DNA of 63,736 nt, filler included, from Reclinomonas americana ATCC 50394 (GCA_048213135.1; 5 parts of 2 records of this genome joined end to end with filler, not necessarily neighbours in it), one strand, 5' to 3'; shown: positions 25,401 through 38,104, counted from the first letter of the whole stretch. The notes: generated by a model not told the origin, from the letters alone. Program-made: numbers and translations.

Positions 25401-27109
25401 ACGGCTCTCCCGGTAGGGCACAGGTGCTCCCGATCTGTGCGCAGAGGCGGGGAGCGATCAGTGTGTATGCATGTCGAGCAGAGGATCAGCGCTGCTTACG
25501 CACTTGCGAGTTTCGGCGAGAACAGTGACGCAGCGGTGAAGCGTCAGCATGCTCTTGTTGACGAAAGTGCCGGAGCGAACCACTTCGTGTTCTCGCGCAT
25601 CAAATGCTCCAATGCGCTCCGAGCCAGCCATGTCGACCAGCAGCTGCGAACATGGAGGAACACTCGTCAGCACGAAAATCTTGGAACGCATGCTGACTGC
25701 CGTCATTGGCTCACCAGCGATGCCGCAAACGCTGGATGCGGCTCTTGTGGCCTGCGATAAACAGAGAAAAATGACACGATCAACGTAAGAAATCCTCCCA
25801 CCATGTATGCAAGCAAGCGCGTCGACGCACCACTCGGACTCGAACTCGCGCACCCTGCTCTCCACCGTCTGCGAGCGAGCGTGTGAGACATACTCCTCGC
25901 ATGTGAAGCGATACACAGCGCGTGAAACGCAACAATGCGGCACAGACACACGGCGCGGTTGCTGAGAGGACTGCGCGACGCGTCCAGCACGCTGCGGTGC
26001 ACTGCACAGACGAGAAGAAATCAGTAAACGAACCGCCCAACAGCATCGCTTCGTGTCACTACGCAACACAGTGCACGCCGAATTACAGCCAGTGCGTGTG
26101 AACCCGACTGCAGAATAATCTCCATCGAATCGGCAACGGGGACCTGGCATCGTCGTGAGTGAGCTGTCTCTCTTTCTCACGATCCACCCGGTGTGCCACG
26201 CAAAACGCACCTCGGGCGACGATCCCAACAAATCGCGCGTCTTCTCATTCTCCAGATCCACCATCGAGCAGCGCACGAGGAATTCACGACCCGGCAGCTG
26301 TCACTGACATGTGAGCGACGATAACAACAGTGACGAGCATCACAACACACACCCTGTCGATCTTATAAAACAGGTCACGAACGAGGCAGCCGATCAGGCC
26401 CTCATCGTGCTCATCGCCAAGCAGCGTGTGCGTCTTCCCCGACGTCGTCACTCCATAGCTCATCACCGTTCCTGTGCGTCGGTGTCAGTCATGACCACGG
26501 TACACACACACACACACACACATCGATGCGACAACCATTGATGCCATCGAGCACCGCATCCACCAGTGGCTCCACCGTCGGCCCATACATATCCTCACTC
26601 GTGTCCTCGTCGCCATACACGCAGTCTGAGGACGACGTGCGCATGCGTGAGAGAGAGAGAGAGTGACAGAGAACACGAGCATCGATATGTCTCACCAAAC
26701 GGGTACGACGGAGCGCGCACGTAATCCAAGTTCGGCAACACATGCGTGCATTCCTCCGACGATGACCACGCATAGTCGCTGTCACCGCGCTCCAGCTGCG
26801 GACGGGAAGAGCACATACAGATCAACCAAACCGCTCAACCTCATCATCACTATCATCATCGTAATCACAGTCATCTTCTGTCTCTCTCTCTCACAGTGAG
26901 ACGCACCTCAGCTAGCAAGAACGGGCGTATCCTCGCATAGACACGCACATGCGGCGAGGATGCCGATGAGTCGTCATCGTGAGCACTGCGCGAGCGACCA
27001 GCCTGCGACAAAGAGACACTCAGTCACTCTCTCCCACACACAGAGGAGGGATAGAGAGAAAGAGAGACGCAACAGTGGCGTAGTCGTCGTCGCCGTCGTC
27101 GTCGTACAT
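19419..27109 (-). CDS. Kinesin with N-terminal motor domain (kinesin-7/CENP-E-like P-loop) and long coiled-coil tail
   Basis: Motor motifs [30 protein letters not shown] (P-loop), [10 protein letters not shown] (switch II), VNKSMLTL and [21 protein letters not shown] at ~25100-26960. Continuity of the tail to TAA at 19419 is inferred across a gap. Confidence 0.85.
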
Positions 27110-27206
27110 TCGAAAGTGTGCGGCCCGCGTGACAAATGCACTCGCGGGCCTCCCTCTGTCACCCCGTCTCCCGCGCGCGCTGTGCTGTGTTGCCCGCATT
27201 GTCGTG

Positions 27207-27606
27207 TCAGTTGCAGTGGCGCCTCTGGCAGTCTGTGGAGCAGTGCGCTGCAGAACGGTCACGCGCGTGCGANNNNNNNNNNNNNNNNNNNNGCGTGTGA
27301 GTGAGTAAGCAGCCAAGTGGACATGTCCACTCCCTCGGAGGAACCTCCTCCTCCTCCTCCTCCTCCTCGTCGTCCGCCTCCTCCTCGTCGTCCAGCCAGA
27401 GCAGTGTGGCCGACCGAAGAAGAGTTCGAGAAGTTGAAAGAGGATCCACTCAAGCGAGCGTTGCGTCGCAGAGTGAAGTGAGTTTGAGTGTCTCTCTCAC
27501 ACACTGATTGTTGTCGAGCAGTGCGATCGACAAGCTGGCGTGGATGCAGAACTTTGGATGTGGCGACGATGCTGGAGAGTATCAACGTTCCACGCCTCTC
27601 TTGCGG
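27207..27606 (-). CDS. 3' fragment of a gene ending in a MYND-like Zn-finger half-motif
   Basis: Acidic tract, then EWTCP and terminal HCSTDCQRRHCN-TGA, resembling the MYND YCSxxCQxxH motif. Truncated by a contig linker. Confidence 0.35.
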
Positions 27607-27650
27607 NNNNNNNNNNNNNNNNNNNNNNNNNNNNNNNNNNNNNNNNNNNN

Positions 27651-27662
27651 TTAATTAATTAA
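27651..27662. other. Artificial contig linker TTAATTAATTAA within Ns (also 43790-43801, 60099-60110, 61940-61951)
   Basis: Identical palindromic 12-mer with stops in all six frames, always centred in N padding. Confidence 0.95.
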
Positions 27663-28063
27663 NNNNNNNNNNNNNNNNNNNNNNNNNNNNNNNNNNNNNN
27701 NNNNNNGTGTGTGTGTGTGTGTCGACGGGATTTGACAGTTGCATGCTATTTTTTGTTCATTTTTGGGTGTATGTACAGCAACCTGTGCGACCTGGCAGCC
27801 AAGTACGGCAGAACAATGTTCAACATGATGGTCACTGCCGATGAGCCGGCGCCGGCTTTTGTGCCCTCGCAGGCTGATCGTTGCGCATTTTGGTGGGCTG
27901 TGTATGCAAACTGCGTTTCTGAACATCAAACACATGCACAGTCGCTGCGGCTGATCGGTTCGGATTTTCGTGGACGATTCAGATGACCAGTTTCGCGCTC
28001 GACAACGCGGAAAGGCAGGGCGGGAGGCGCACAGAAACGCAGCCGCGAGAGCGAAGACCAGAG

Positions 28064-30296
28064 ATGGATGAGTCTGACGCACGAAAGACGCTTCGATCGG
28101 CTGTGCTCAGGGTGAGTTGGTCGCTGTCGCGTTTGTGTGCGTGCTGGTTGCTGAACAGCGTGCACGAGCAGGAGCTGCAGGGCTTGGCTAGTGTGACGGT
28201 CACGAAAGTCTATCCGCAGGGAGTGAGCGTCGTGCTGAAGCAGTTGTACGGGGTTCCGAAAGATGACGGCACGCTGGGATTGAGTGCGGAACTGCGGGAT
28301 GTGGACGTTTCCCACGTGAGGATCGAGGTGTGATCGTTGCAGTGTGTACGTACCAGTGCACTGGCGTGTATTAATTGGTGTGTGTGCATGCGTTCTGGCA
28401 GGGTTACGTGCTCAGTGAAGCGATTGCCAAGGACGAGTACCCGGACCAGTACTGCCCGGGTGCGATTATTCAAGGTGCGATCCCGCTGGGGTCGCATGTC
28501 TCGACAGTTGCTGGCCTCACTCCTCTTTTCCTCTCTCTCTCTCTGTCCGCCTGTACACGCACGCACGCAGGTGTCATTCAGAACAAGGTTCGATCTCCGG
28601 ACGTGGATTATGAATTGTTGACGGTGAAGGAAGACGTCGTCCGCCATGCAATCGATATCCACGTGCCTCGTGATTTCACGATGGTACGCGCAGTGATTCG
28701 GGTTTGCGTTGACTGTTCAGCGGCGAGTATCTCATCTTGCGCACCTTACAGGGAGTGCTCATCGACGTCGACGAAGACAACTTTCGCCCAGTTTACAGCA
28801 ACCCAGTGGCCTTTATTCCTCGGTGCGTGCATTGTTTCTTCTCCCACTCCAGCTGTCATCGCCATCTCATGTGCTCATTCTCCTCAGTGCGAGAGACGAG
28901 CGTGCATCACCGACCCTACCAGGCGACGTCGAGGACCGCTACGGTGACGGCAGTGAAGCCAGAGAGAAAGCCGCGGCAGTTAATCCAGCACCGCATTACG
29001 ACCGTGGATTCACCAATCCGACGGCGGTAGAAGCCATGTGCTACGGATTGGGCATTGATGAGTACGATAGCTATCTGCCGCTGCTGCAGTTGCGTCGTGT
29101 TGCGTCCACGTCGGATGCTGTGATGTGTTTTCCCGGCTGTCTCTAAAAACGCCAGCCTGCAGTGATACCCTGCGGAGTCGAAGACCAATTGTCAAGGAGC
29201 GCTCAGAATTCCCCTACTCTGCTGCTCATTTGCGTGTGCTGCAAACCATCGCATACGCCAACGGACTGTTGCGTGTGTGTGTGTGTGTCTCGCGATTTCA
29301 TTCTCCTCTGATCGTGGAGACAGCGTGACGATTGCCGCCGACAAGATGCGCGGCGGTCATCCACGCGAAGCCGTTCGGTTACTCAACGAGGCGCTGCAAT
29401 TCGACAGTCGCAACCCCGGCGCCCTCACTGGCCTGGCTCAGTAGTGCGTCGGAGCGGTGTCTTTGTCACATCGCTCGTCGTGCTGACTCACTCGTGCCGT
29501 GCGCAGCTACTATCTCGCAAATGACCTTGAGCGAGCAGAGACGTTCGCGACTCGTGCGCGGAATGCGTGGAGCGGCAGCGCACATGTGATGACTGCGACG
29601 GAGCCCGCTGTCAAATTTGTGCGTACTCGACGCCACACTACGCGTGCACATATCGAGTACTCACTGTGCTGTGCTGGCCAGATTCGGGAGAAAAGAGAAC
29701 TGGAGGCGCGGAAGCTGCAGGAAGAGCAGGAGCGACAAGCCGCGAAGCAGCAGAAGGAGCAGGAGGAGTTGGATCGCTTGGCCGCCGCCGAGCGTCGCTT
29801 GCGGCGAGCGCTGGCGAAACAACACAAGCGACTGTCGTCGAGCGACTCAAGTGCCAGCGACAGCGACAGTCTCGGCGACAGCGACAGCCTCGACGACAGC
29901 GACGACGTCAGCTTGTCGTCGAGCTCCAGCGGCGATGGATCGACCAGCACAACCAAGAGGCGCAAGTCGAAACGCGACGAACGCCATCGGCACAGTCGGC
30001 ATCACCATCGCAGCAAACACAAGGACGGAAAGCGCAAGAGCAAGCACAAGAGCCGTCGCCACGACAAAGACCGCGACCGGAAGCGGCGCGATCGAAAGCG
30101 TGAGCGGCGTGCATCGGAATCCGACAGTGGCAATCCGACCCGCAGTCACGACGATGAGCCGGCCGGGGCCACCACGACAGCAGCATCGCAATCAGCAACC
30201 ACCGCCACCAACACCACCACAGCGACGACGACGACAACTTCGTCGTCATCTAGACATAGAAAACGAAGAAAAGTAGCCAGCGAGACGGACAAGTGA
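28064..30296 (+). CDS. TTC14: Tetratricopeptide repeat protein 14-like (OB/S1-like region, TPR, R/S/K-rich tail)
   Basis: GFTNPTAVEAMCYGLGIDE and LRVLQTIAYANGLVTIAADKMRGGHPREAVRLLNEALQFDSRNPGAL match my recollection of TTC14 conserved blocks. Followed by an SD-rich and K/R/H-rich C-terminus. Confidence 0.75.
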
Positions 30297-30318
30297 AGAA
30301 CGCGTCCCATCCGCTGCC

Positions 30319-33079
30319 ATGTCCACTGAGCTGGAGAATGCACAACGGCGATGTGCCGAGACACGGCGCAAGCTGACAGCTCTACTGACCGCACACCAGC
30401 GTGAGCTGGCCGACATTAGGTGCCAACGCGCAGCAGCCAAACACGCACACACACCGTCCTTCATCTCACACGCTGTGCACAGTGGTGAACTGAGCGCGCT
30501 GGTGGCCCCCAAAGTCGACCAGTTGCAGACGGCGGCGCAGAGTGTGTGTGAAGTGGCCAGCACAGTGTCCACGCGTGTGCGACACTTGGATCGAGTGCAA
30601 GTTGCGAGATGATGACACATGATGACGACTGCCTTCACATTCGTTTTCGCTCATCTGCCTTGTGCAGACGAATGCGCGCGCAGCTCTGGATCGCACCGAT
30701 GGTGTCATGAACTTGCGGGTACGAGAGGGAGAAGGATGTGTGTGCATGTGCATGTGTGTGTGTGTGTGCTCATGTGGATGAGTGGCAGAAATGCGTCGAG
30801 GGCGTCAACGAGGCCATTGCGCACACGGATTACGAGGCGGCTGTCAACTTTCTCAAAGAGTTTCACGCACTCGAGGCCGCGGTGCCCGACGATCCAGCCT
30901 GCGCTGTGCTTCGCGATCGGGAACGCGAGCTGCGAATCACGCTGCAGGCGCGCCTCCGCGAGTGTGTCAACAAGCGAGAATCGCGCGGCGTGCTGCGCTT
31001 TGCCAAGCTGCTGGCGCCGCTCGGCGAGAGTGTCAAGTCGCTGCAGACGTATGTGGAGCACATTCGCGATGCAGTGCGCGCCGACGCACTCGTGCAAGCG
31101 CAGTCCATTCTTGGTGCGGCTCGTGCAGCTCTCCATGTCCGATGATGTCGCTCACTCGGTGTGTGCGCTGCAGTGGACGATGTGGTGGACCGGTTGACAT
31201 CGGTGTTGGATGTGTTGGCCGGCACCATTGAAACCGAGGCGCCGCAGATCATCGAGGACTTTGGCCCGGCCAGTCTCGGCCCGCTGCTGCGCGAGGTGCA
31301 GAGTGTGACCGACGAAGTCGCTCTGCCGATTCTGCGCTCGTTCATGACGGCGAAGAAGGCGCAGGAGCTGGTGCGTATCCGTTGCCGTGCACGTGTCTTG
31401 ACCACCGTCTGACCTCAGTTGGGTTTTCCGTCCACAGACAACTCGGAGAGCCTTGCAGATGCGAATGGATCCACGTGAACTGGACGCCATTCTCGAAGAG
31501 CTCGCCGCCCTCTGTCAGCGCAGCGAACAGTTTCGCGCATTTTTCGATGCCAAAGTCGAGGTACTGCGCGGATTGTTTGTGTGTCTGGGTGGGGGGCCGT
31601 CATACTGATTGCAGCTTTGGTGCGGCAGGAGGCCAAGCGCACCGCCGGTGCCGAGTCGGCCGGGTGGAACATTGGGCGCACCGGCGACTTTTCTGTGTAT
31701 GTGCAAGAGGTGCAGGCCACGTATGCGGCACTGGAGGAACGCTTTCTGCGAGAATCATTACGCAAAGCTGTGGAACTGGAGGAGCAGGGCACGTTTGGCG
31801 ACGGCGGGTTGACCAGCGGCGTGCTCGACAATGTGCTCTTTGTCATGCAGAACGTGGCCAATCGGTCGGTGCAGACCTTGTCGCCACACACGGTGATTTC
31901 GGTCATGAGCCACATCAACAGCGTGCTGTCGGGTCCCTGTGCTGAGGCGAGTGAGCAACGGAATGCTTTGCCTTGCACTTTATCTGCCGCTGACGAGGAT
32001 GTACACAGTACGTCGAATCGCGTGTAAAGGAAGGTGTGGCGAGCACGCGGTTCTACGAGGTCGGCCAGATGGATCCCGTGTTCCGTGTCGCGCTGGTATG
32101 CTTCATGGGTGTGGGCATGCGTGTTGTCTGCTCTGCACTCTTTGTCTCACTGCTCATGCACAGTGCTACGTCAACGAAATGGAGACGTGCGTGCAGTACA
32201 TTCGGCGACTGCGCCAGCAATTCGACGCCTCCGTGAACGATGTGTTCGACGCCCAGCAAACCTCGAAAATCAGCGCCGCCGGTGTGGACTTGCAGGTCAC
32301 CTCGGCCAACATGAAGCGCTCGCTGAATGTTGCGCATCGGTGGAGCGACTTTTTGTGCACTTCACCATCACGCCCTCATACGCGCGCATGCATGCACAGG
32401 ATTGCATTGCGACGCTGGTGGAGCCACTGGAGAGTCGCCTGTTGCAGCTGATGAAGCCGTTCGGACAGCTGCCGTACGATCGGATTGACGAGACCACGCT
32501 CACGTCGTACGAGGTCAACGATCCATTCGCGTGGAACTTTATCACTCGCGTGTCGCAGCTGTTTGCGCCGCTCAAGACCGAGCTTTCGAAGACCAACATG
32601 GATGCGGTGATGGTGCACGTGATTGGTGTGGTGGTTATGCAGTTTGAGCAGCAGGTGATGCGGAAACGGTACAATCAGGTGTGTGTGTGCGTGCGTTTTT
32701 GTTGTTGCAAGCTTGTTTTGTTGGTGACGGTCGATGATTCACACACACATGCACACATGGTGCACGACAGCTCGGCGCGCTGCAGCTGGACAAGGACGTT
32801 CGCACGCTGCTCACGTTCTTCTCCAAGGAATGCGAAGTCACCGTGCGCGACAAGTTTGCTCGCCTGTCGGAGATTTGCACGGCGCTGTCGTTCGAGCGAG
32901 TGGACGACGCCAGCGAGTACTACTCGGCAGCCGAACCATCGTCTTGTCCACTGTCGGAGGATGAACTGAAGCGTGTGCTGAGATTACGAGTCGATCTGGC
33001 CGGCGACGTCAATCGCGACTTTAATCCGTGGCGTTCGCTGTCGAGCTCGGGGGCGCCAGGTGATCCGTTCCGTTTTTGA
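30319..33079 (+). CDS. COG4: Conserved oligomeric Golgi complex subunit 4
   Basis: DPRELDAILEELAALCQRSEQF, YAALEERFLRESLRKAVELE, TSGVLDNVLFV, YEVNDPF and YNQLGALQLDKDVRTL...VRDKFARLSEI are characteristic COG4 blocks. Confidence 0.93.
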
Positions 33080-33182
33080 AGACCATCGCAGTGAAGTGAC
33101 TTGACTTCGTTGAGTTGTCTCCATCGTCCTCTTCACTGTCCCTCGTCATCCGTCTGTCATTGTTGAGCACCGACACACGCAA

Positions 33183-33875
33183 ATGTTGGACTTGAGCATC
33201 ATTCTGCCCGTGGCACTTGGCATTCTGGTGACCGGCTGGCTCTTCACTCTCTTGCTCAACCGCCTGTTGTTTCGCGCCAAGCTGCCGGCCCAGCAGCCGC
33301 ACGGGATTGCGTCTGCGCCTGCTGACAGCGACAGTGCGGCAGCAAAGGGCGGCAGCAGCAGCAAGCAACGCGAGTTCACGGCCACCGAACTTGCCGAGTT
33401 TGACGGCGTCGACACTGCGAAGCCGGTGCGGGTGCACACAAAATGCATCAGTCGCACAATAATCACTCTGACGTGTTTGTTTGTGCAGCTGTTCCTGAGC
33501 GTCAAGGGTGTGGTGTATGACGTCTCGCCGAGGCGACACATCTACTCTGGGGAGTCGCCCTATCGTGTGTTTGGTGGGCGAGAATGCTCGCATGCGCTGG
33601 CCAACCTCAGCTACGAAGTTGCGTGTGTTGCCTCCAAATCACGTTTGCATGTGGTTCACCCTTCGCTCTCTCTCTCCCTCTGCGCAGCTCAACGATGTAC
33701 ACGGTCGCCTGGTGAGCAGCTTGCGGTCTACGTGCGTGTGTGCGAGTCATTCGTTAACGAGGCAGTGGCGCAGGATTCACTCGACGACAAGAAGCGACGC
33801 ACGCTGCAAGAGTGGATCGACAAGTTCAATAAGCAGTACGAGGTGGTGGGCACGTTGAAGAACTGGGCTTGCTAA
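33183..33875 (+). CDS. Membrane-associated progesterone receptor (MAPR/PGRMC/Dap1) family cytochrome b5-like protein
   Basis: N-terminal TM helix, then FTATELAEFDG, LFLSVKGVVYDVS, YRVFGGRECSHALA and LQEWIDKFNKQYEVVGTL. Three introns. Confidence 0.9.
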   Translation: MLDLSIILPVALGILVTGWLFTLLLNRLLFRAKLPAQQPHGIASAPADSDSAAAKGGSSSKQREFTATELAEFDGVDTAKPVRVHTKCISRTIITLTCLFVQLFLSVKGVVYDVSPRRHIYSGESPYRVFGGRECSHALANLSYEVACVASKSRLHVVHPSLSLSLCAAQRCTRSPGEQLAVYVRVCESFVNEAVAQDSLDDKKRRTLQEWIDKFNKQYEVVGTLKNWAC

Positions 33876-33914
33876 AACAGTTGGCAATATACATTTGTTT
33901 CACAAACACACCAC

Positions 33915-36900
33915 TCAGGGCACCACATTGATAGTCACCACCACACTCTTGCCGTCAATCTGCACGAGCAAGAGACAGAAGTGTGAGTCGAAATTCATCG
34001 ACAACAAGAGACAGAACAAGAAAAGTAGACGTACCACCGCCTCGACATGGCCAGTGCATGCTGAGCGCACCTCGCTGACACGTCGTGGGACCGTGCGCAG
34101 CTTGCTCGAGATGGCGTCGGTCTGCGCCGTCACCGCATTCACCAGCTCCTGCTCCTCGGTCGTGTACTCAATGTCAATGTTGTGGTAGAGCTTCAGTCCC
34201 GACTGTATCAAATGACAATCGTAAGTCGCCACGTACACGCACACAAAACACCACCCGCAAGAGAAAAGAAGGACGCAACGCTCTTGCGCAGGGCTTGCAC
34301 CCGGCTGATAAACTCGCGCGAGTAGTACTCCTCGCGCAAGGCCGGCGTCAGTTCCAGATCCAGTGAGATCAGCACGGCGCCGTCCGTGTTGCACGACTTC
34401 TCGTTCTTGGCACGGCGCACAAACTAACACATCGCAAACCACAAAACACACACACACACCCCACAGCGCACGAGTCAGTCATCAGCAGCGGCAACAGAGG
34501 AAGCAAGATCGTGGTGGTGGCAGTGGTGGAGGAGAGCAATCAAGCAGAGAAGAGAGCAAGCATCGGGAGGGGATGGGCAAAAAATGTGTGCTAGCCATCT
34601 GGCCGAAGTTTTCAGCGACAGAAAATCAAACGCTGCTTCAGCAAACTAAACTGGCACTACTCATTCTCCGACTACTTTTGACTGCCCGGGAAATGGAGGA
34701 GCTTTCGCCGGACAGCTTCGAAGTGTCGGGACAGATAAAGGAAAGGGAGAGACAGAACAGGNNNNNNNNNNNNNNNNNNNNAGAAGGAGAAGAAGATGAA
34801 TAGACATGAAGGGAAAGAGAGATGACTCACCGTGACCTCGTCGGCAGTAATGTCGACACCCGCGGGCTCAAAGCGGAAGCGGCCAGACTGGAAGAACTCC
34901 ATGGCGACCTCAGGGGCGAGGCTCTCGCAGGCCGCGAGCAGCGCCTGGAAGTTGCGGCCGAGCTTCTTGCCCAGCTTGCGGCCGTCCGGCTCCACCACCA
35001 CACCCACGTATGAGACCTCGTCAGTCGTCAGCACCAGCTCCTTCACATTCAGCTCGGCGAGGATGTAGTCGCGTAGTCTGTCAACGTCGCGCAGGAAGAC
35101 CTCGTTCTGCGAGACCACGGCCAGCGTCTGCAGCGGCATCTTGTTCGGGCGACTCTCGCGATCGCGCACCGCGCGAGCCAGCACAATGACGGTCTGCACG
35201 CTTTCCACCACGCGCTCAATCTCCGGATCGAGCATCGACTCGTCGCCCTGCGGCAACGGCAAAAAGTGGACACCTGCGTTGGNNNNNNNNNNNNNNNNNN
35301 NNNNNNNNNNNNNNNNNNNNNNNNNNNNNNNNNNNNNNNNNNNNNNNNNNNNNNNNNNNNNNNNNNNNNNNNNNNNNNNNNNNNNNNNNNNNNNNNNNNN
35401 NNNNNNNNNNNNNNNNNNNNNNNNNNNNNNNNNNNNNNNNNNNNNNNNNNNNNNNNNNNNNNNNNNNNNNNNNNNNNNNNNNNNNNNNNNNNNNNNNNNN
35501 NNNNNNNNNNNNNNNNNNNNNNNNNNNNNNNNNNNNNNNNNNNNNNNNNNNNNNNNNNNNNNNNNNNNNNNNNNNNNNNNNNNNNNNNNNNNNNNNNNNN
35601 NNNNNNNNNNNNNNNNNNNNNNNNNNNNNNNNNNNNNNNNNNNNNNNNNNNNNNNNNNNNNNNNNNNNNNNNNNNNNNNNNNNNNNNNNNNNNNNNNNNN
35701 NNNNNNNNNNNNNNNNNNNNNNNNNNNNNNNNNNNNNNNNNNNNNNNNNNNNNNNNNNNNNNNNNNNNNNNNNNNNNNNNNNNNNNNNNNNNNNNNNNNN
35801 CGGTGACACAGCGTCAGCAACGGACGGTAAAAGTGCAAGCCACATGCACATGTTGTCGTGGCGCAACTTGGCTCACGCTCCTCTGGCGGCAAGAGGTTGC
35901 GCAGGTTCTGGTACATGAGCTCGGTCATGAACGGCGTGAATGAGGCCTGTGGAAGACAAAAACAGTGAGTCACATAATCCTCGTCCGTGTGCGTATGCGC
36001 GCGTACAGAAGACAAACCATCAGACGGCAAAGCAGCATCAGGACTTCGAACAGGGTGCTCAGGGCCTCGCGGCTGTCCTCGACGCCACCCGAACCCTTCA
36101 TGCGATCGCGGTTCAACTTGACGTACCAGTTGGTGAACTGGTCCAGGAACTGCATCAACCGCGGGATCACAGTGTACAGGCGGTATGCTATTGCGGGAGC
36201 GATGATGAGCAAACACACGTCACATGGTGGCAGCAGACACAACAACACGCGCTGCGCACCCTTCATCTCCGCGTGGACAAAGAAAGTCAGGCGGTGGGCC
36301 GCCGCGAGGATCCAGTGATCCATCAGGTTGTGCCGACGGCCAGTGGTGCACGTGAACGTCTCGCCGGTGCTCTGTGTTGTCGAGTCAGTCATCACCAAGT
36401 CTTGCAGATAAAGACGAGATAAAGTGGAAAACCCACTCACCCTCTCCAGTCGGTGCACGTTTTGTACAAAGAACCGGTAGGCGTTGTACCAGGGGAGGAG
36501 GGTGTCCTTGACCACGTTCTTGACACCATCGTCCACAAAGCACAGCTCCTCGGCTCGCACCACGGGGGAGTTGATCAGGTAAACACTAAACACGGGACAC
36601 ACAACAGTGAGTGTCGAGTACATGGGACACGTGGTCACGAAAGAGATGAGACAAGAGACGCACCGCAGCGCATCTGCGCCGAATTCGTTGATGATGAGAT
36701 CTGGCGCCGTGTAATTCTTCAGGCGCTTGCTCATCTTCTTGCCGTCACTGAAAGAGACAAACAAAACAGTTCATGAGCAGCACGACAAAAATGGAAAATA
36801 ATGTTGTCACAAGCAAGGTACGCAACGCGGCAAGGACCAGGCCGTTGACAATCAGATTCTTGAATGGCGGCTTGTCAAACAGGGCGGTCGAGAGCACCAG

Positions 36901-38006
36901 CAGAGTGTAGAACCATCCGCGCGTCTGGTCAATGCCCTCAGCGACGAAATCGGCGGGGAAACCCTGTGGCAAAGCCGGAGGTGAGCAACCGAATCAGAGA
37001 TGAATGAAAAGGGGGCACCACGCACCTTCTCAAACGACTCGACATTCTCAAACGGATAGTGCTTTTGTGCGTACGGCATGCTGCCGCTCTCGAACCAGCA
37101 GTCAAACACTTCCTCCGTGCGCCGCAGAGGCGGGTACGCGTCACCACGTGGATCGGGCATGGTCAGACCGTCGACACTGCGAGGAGGAGAACAGCGGTCA
37201 ATACATGAGGGAGGCGCACTCACACGAGCACGAATCACACAGCAAGCAAGACGCAACAANNNNNNNNNNNNNNNNNNNNNNNNNNNNNNNNNNNNNNNNN
37301 NNNNNNNNNNNNNNNNNNNNNNNNNNNNNNNNNNNNNNNNNNNNNNNNNNNNNNNNNNNNNNNNNNNNNNNNNNNNNNNNNNNNNNNNNNNNNNNNNNNN
37401 NNNNNNNNNNNNNNNNNNNNNNNNNNNNNNNNNNNNNNNNNNNNNNNNNNNNNNNNNNNNNNNNNNNNNNNNNNNNNNNNNNNNNNNNNNNNNNNNNNNN
37501 NNNNNNNNNNNNNNNNNNNNNNNNNNNNNNNNNNNNNNNNNNNNNNNNNNNNNNNNNNNNNNNNNNNNNNNNNNNNNNNNNNNNNNNNNNNNNNNNNNNN
37601 NNNNNNNNNNNNNNNNNNNNNNNNNNNNNNNNNNNNNNNNNNNNNNNNNNNNNNNNNNNNNNNNNNNNNNNNNNNNNNNNNNNNNNNNNNNNNNNNNNNN
37701 NNNNNNNNNNNNNNNNNNNNNNNNNNNNNNNNNNNNNNNNNNNNNNNNNNNNACACCACCAACAAAAAAAACACACACAAACGCACGCACGCACCCTCCT
37801 CGAGACCGGAAGGCGACACGTGCAATTCGCTCTTGCTCTCACTTGCATCTGTGCGCACACACAAAAAAAAAAGTGAGTGTGCGCGCGCGGGAAAAAAAAC
37901 ACGCACACTTTATTCATGCACACACACACACGCACGCGCACACAAGGCATGCCAACTGACCTGCAGCAGCAGATGCCGGCGGCGTTGATGACGACGATGA
38001 CGCCAT
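33915..38006 (-). CDS. IARS1: Isoleucine--tRNA ligase, cytosolic type (much of the N-terminal half hidden in the gap)
   Basis: [55 protein letters not shown] (KMSKS motif), [13 protein letters not shown] and [12 protein letters not shown]. Putative start exon [10 protein letters not shown] at 38006. Confidence 0.96.
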
Positions 38007-38104
38007 CGGGTGGTGTGCGCTCTCACGCAAAAGCAAAAAACAAGTGAAATGGCGGCGATTTCACCGAACCCTTGCCTTCTATTAATATTCACGAAGAGCG
38101 CGCG

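Noticed and set aside
27651-27662. Recurrent palindrome TTAATTAATTAA (four copies) as a biological repeat or recombination site
   Set aside because: Always centred in N padding and stops all six frames, so it is a synthetic contig spacer.
6056-38006. Alternative genetic code or frameshifting to explain fragmented ORFs in conserved genes
   Set aside because: In-frame stops and frame changes fall inside short GT-AG introns, and genes end in TAA, TAG or TGA normally.
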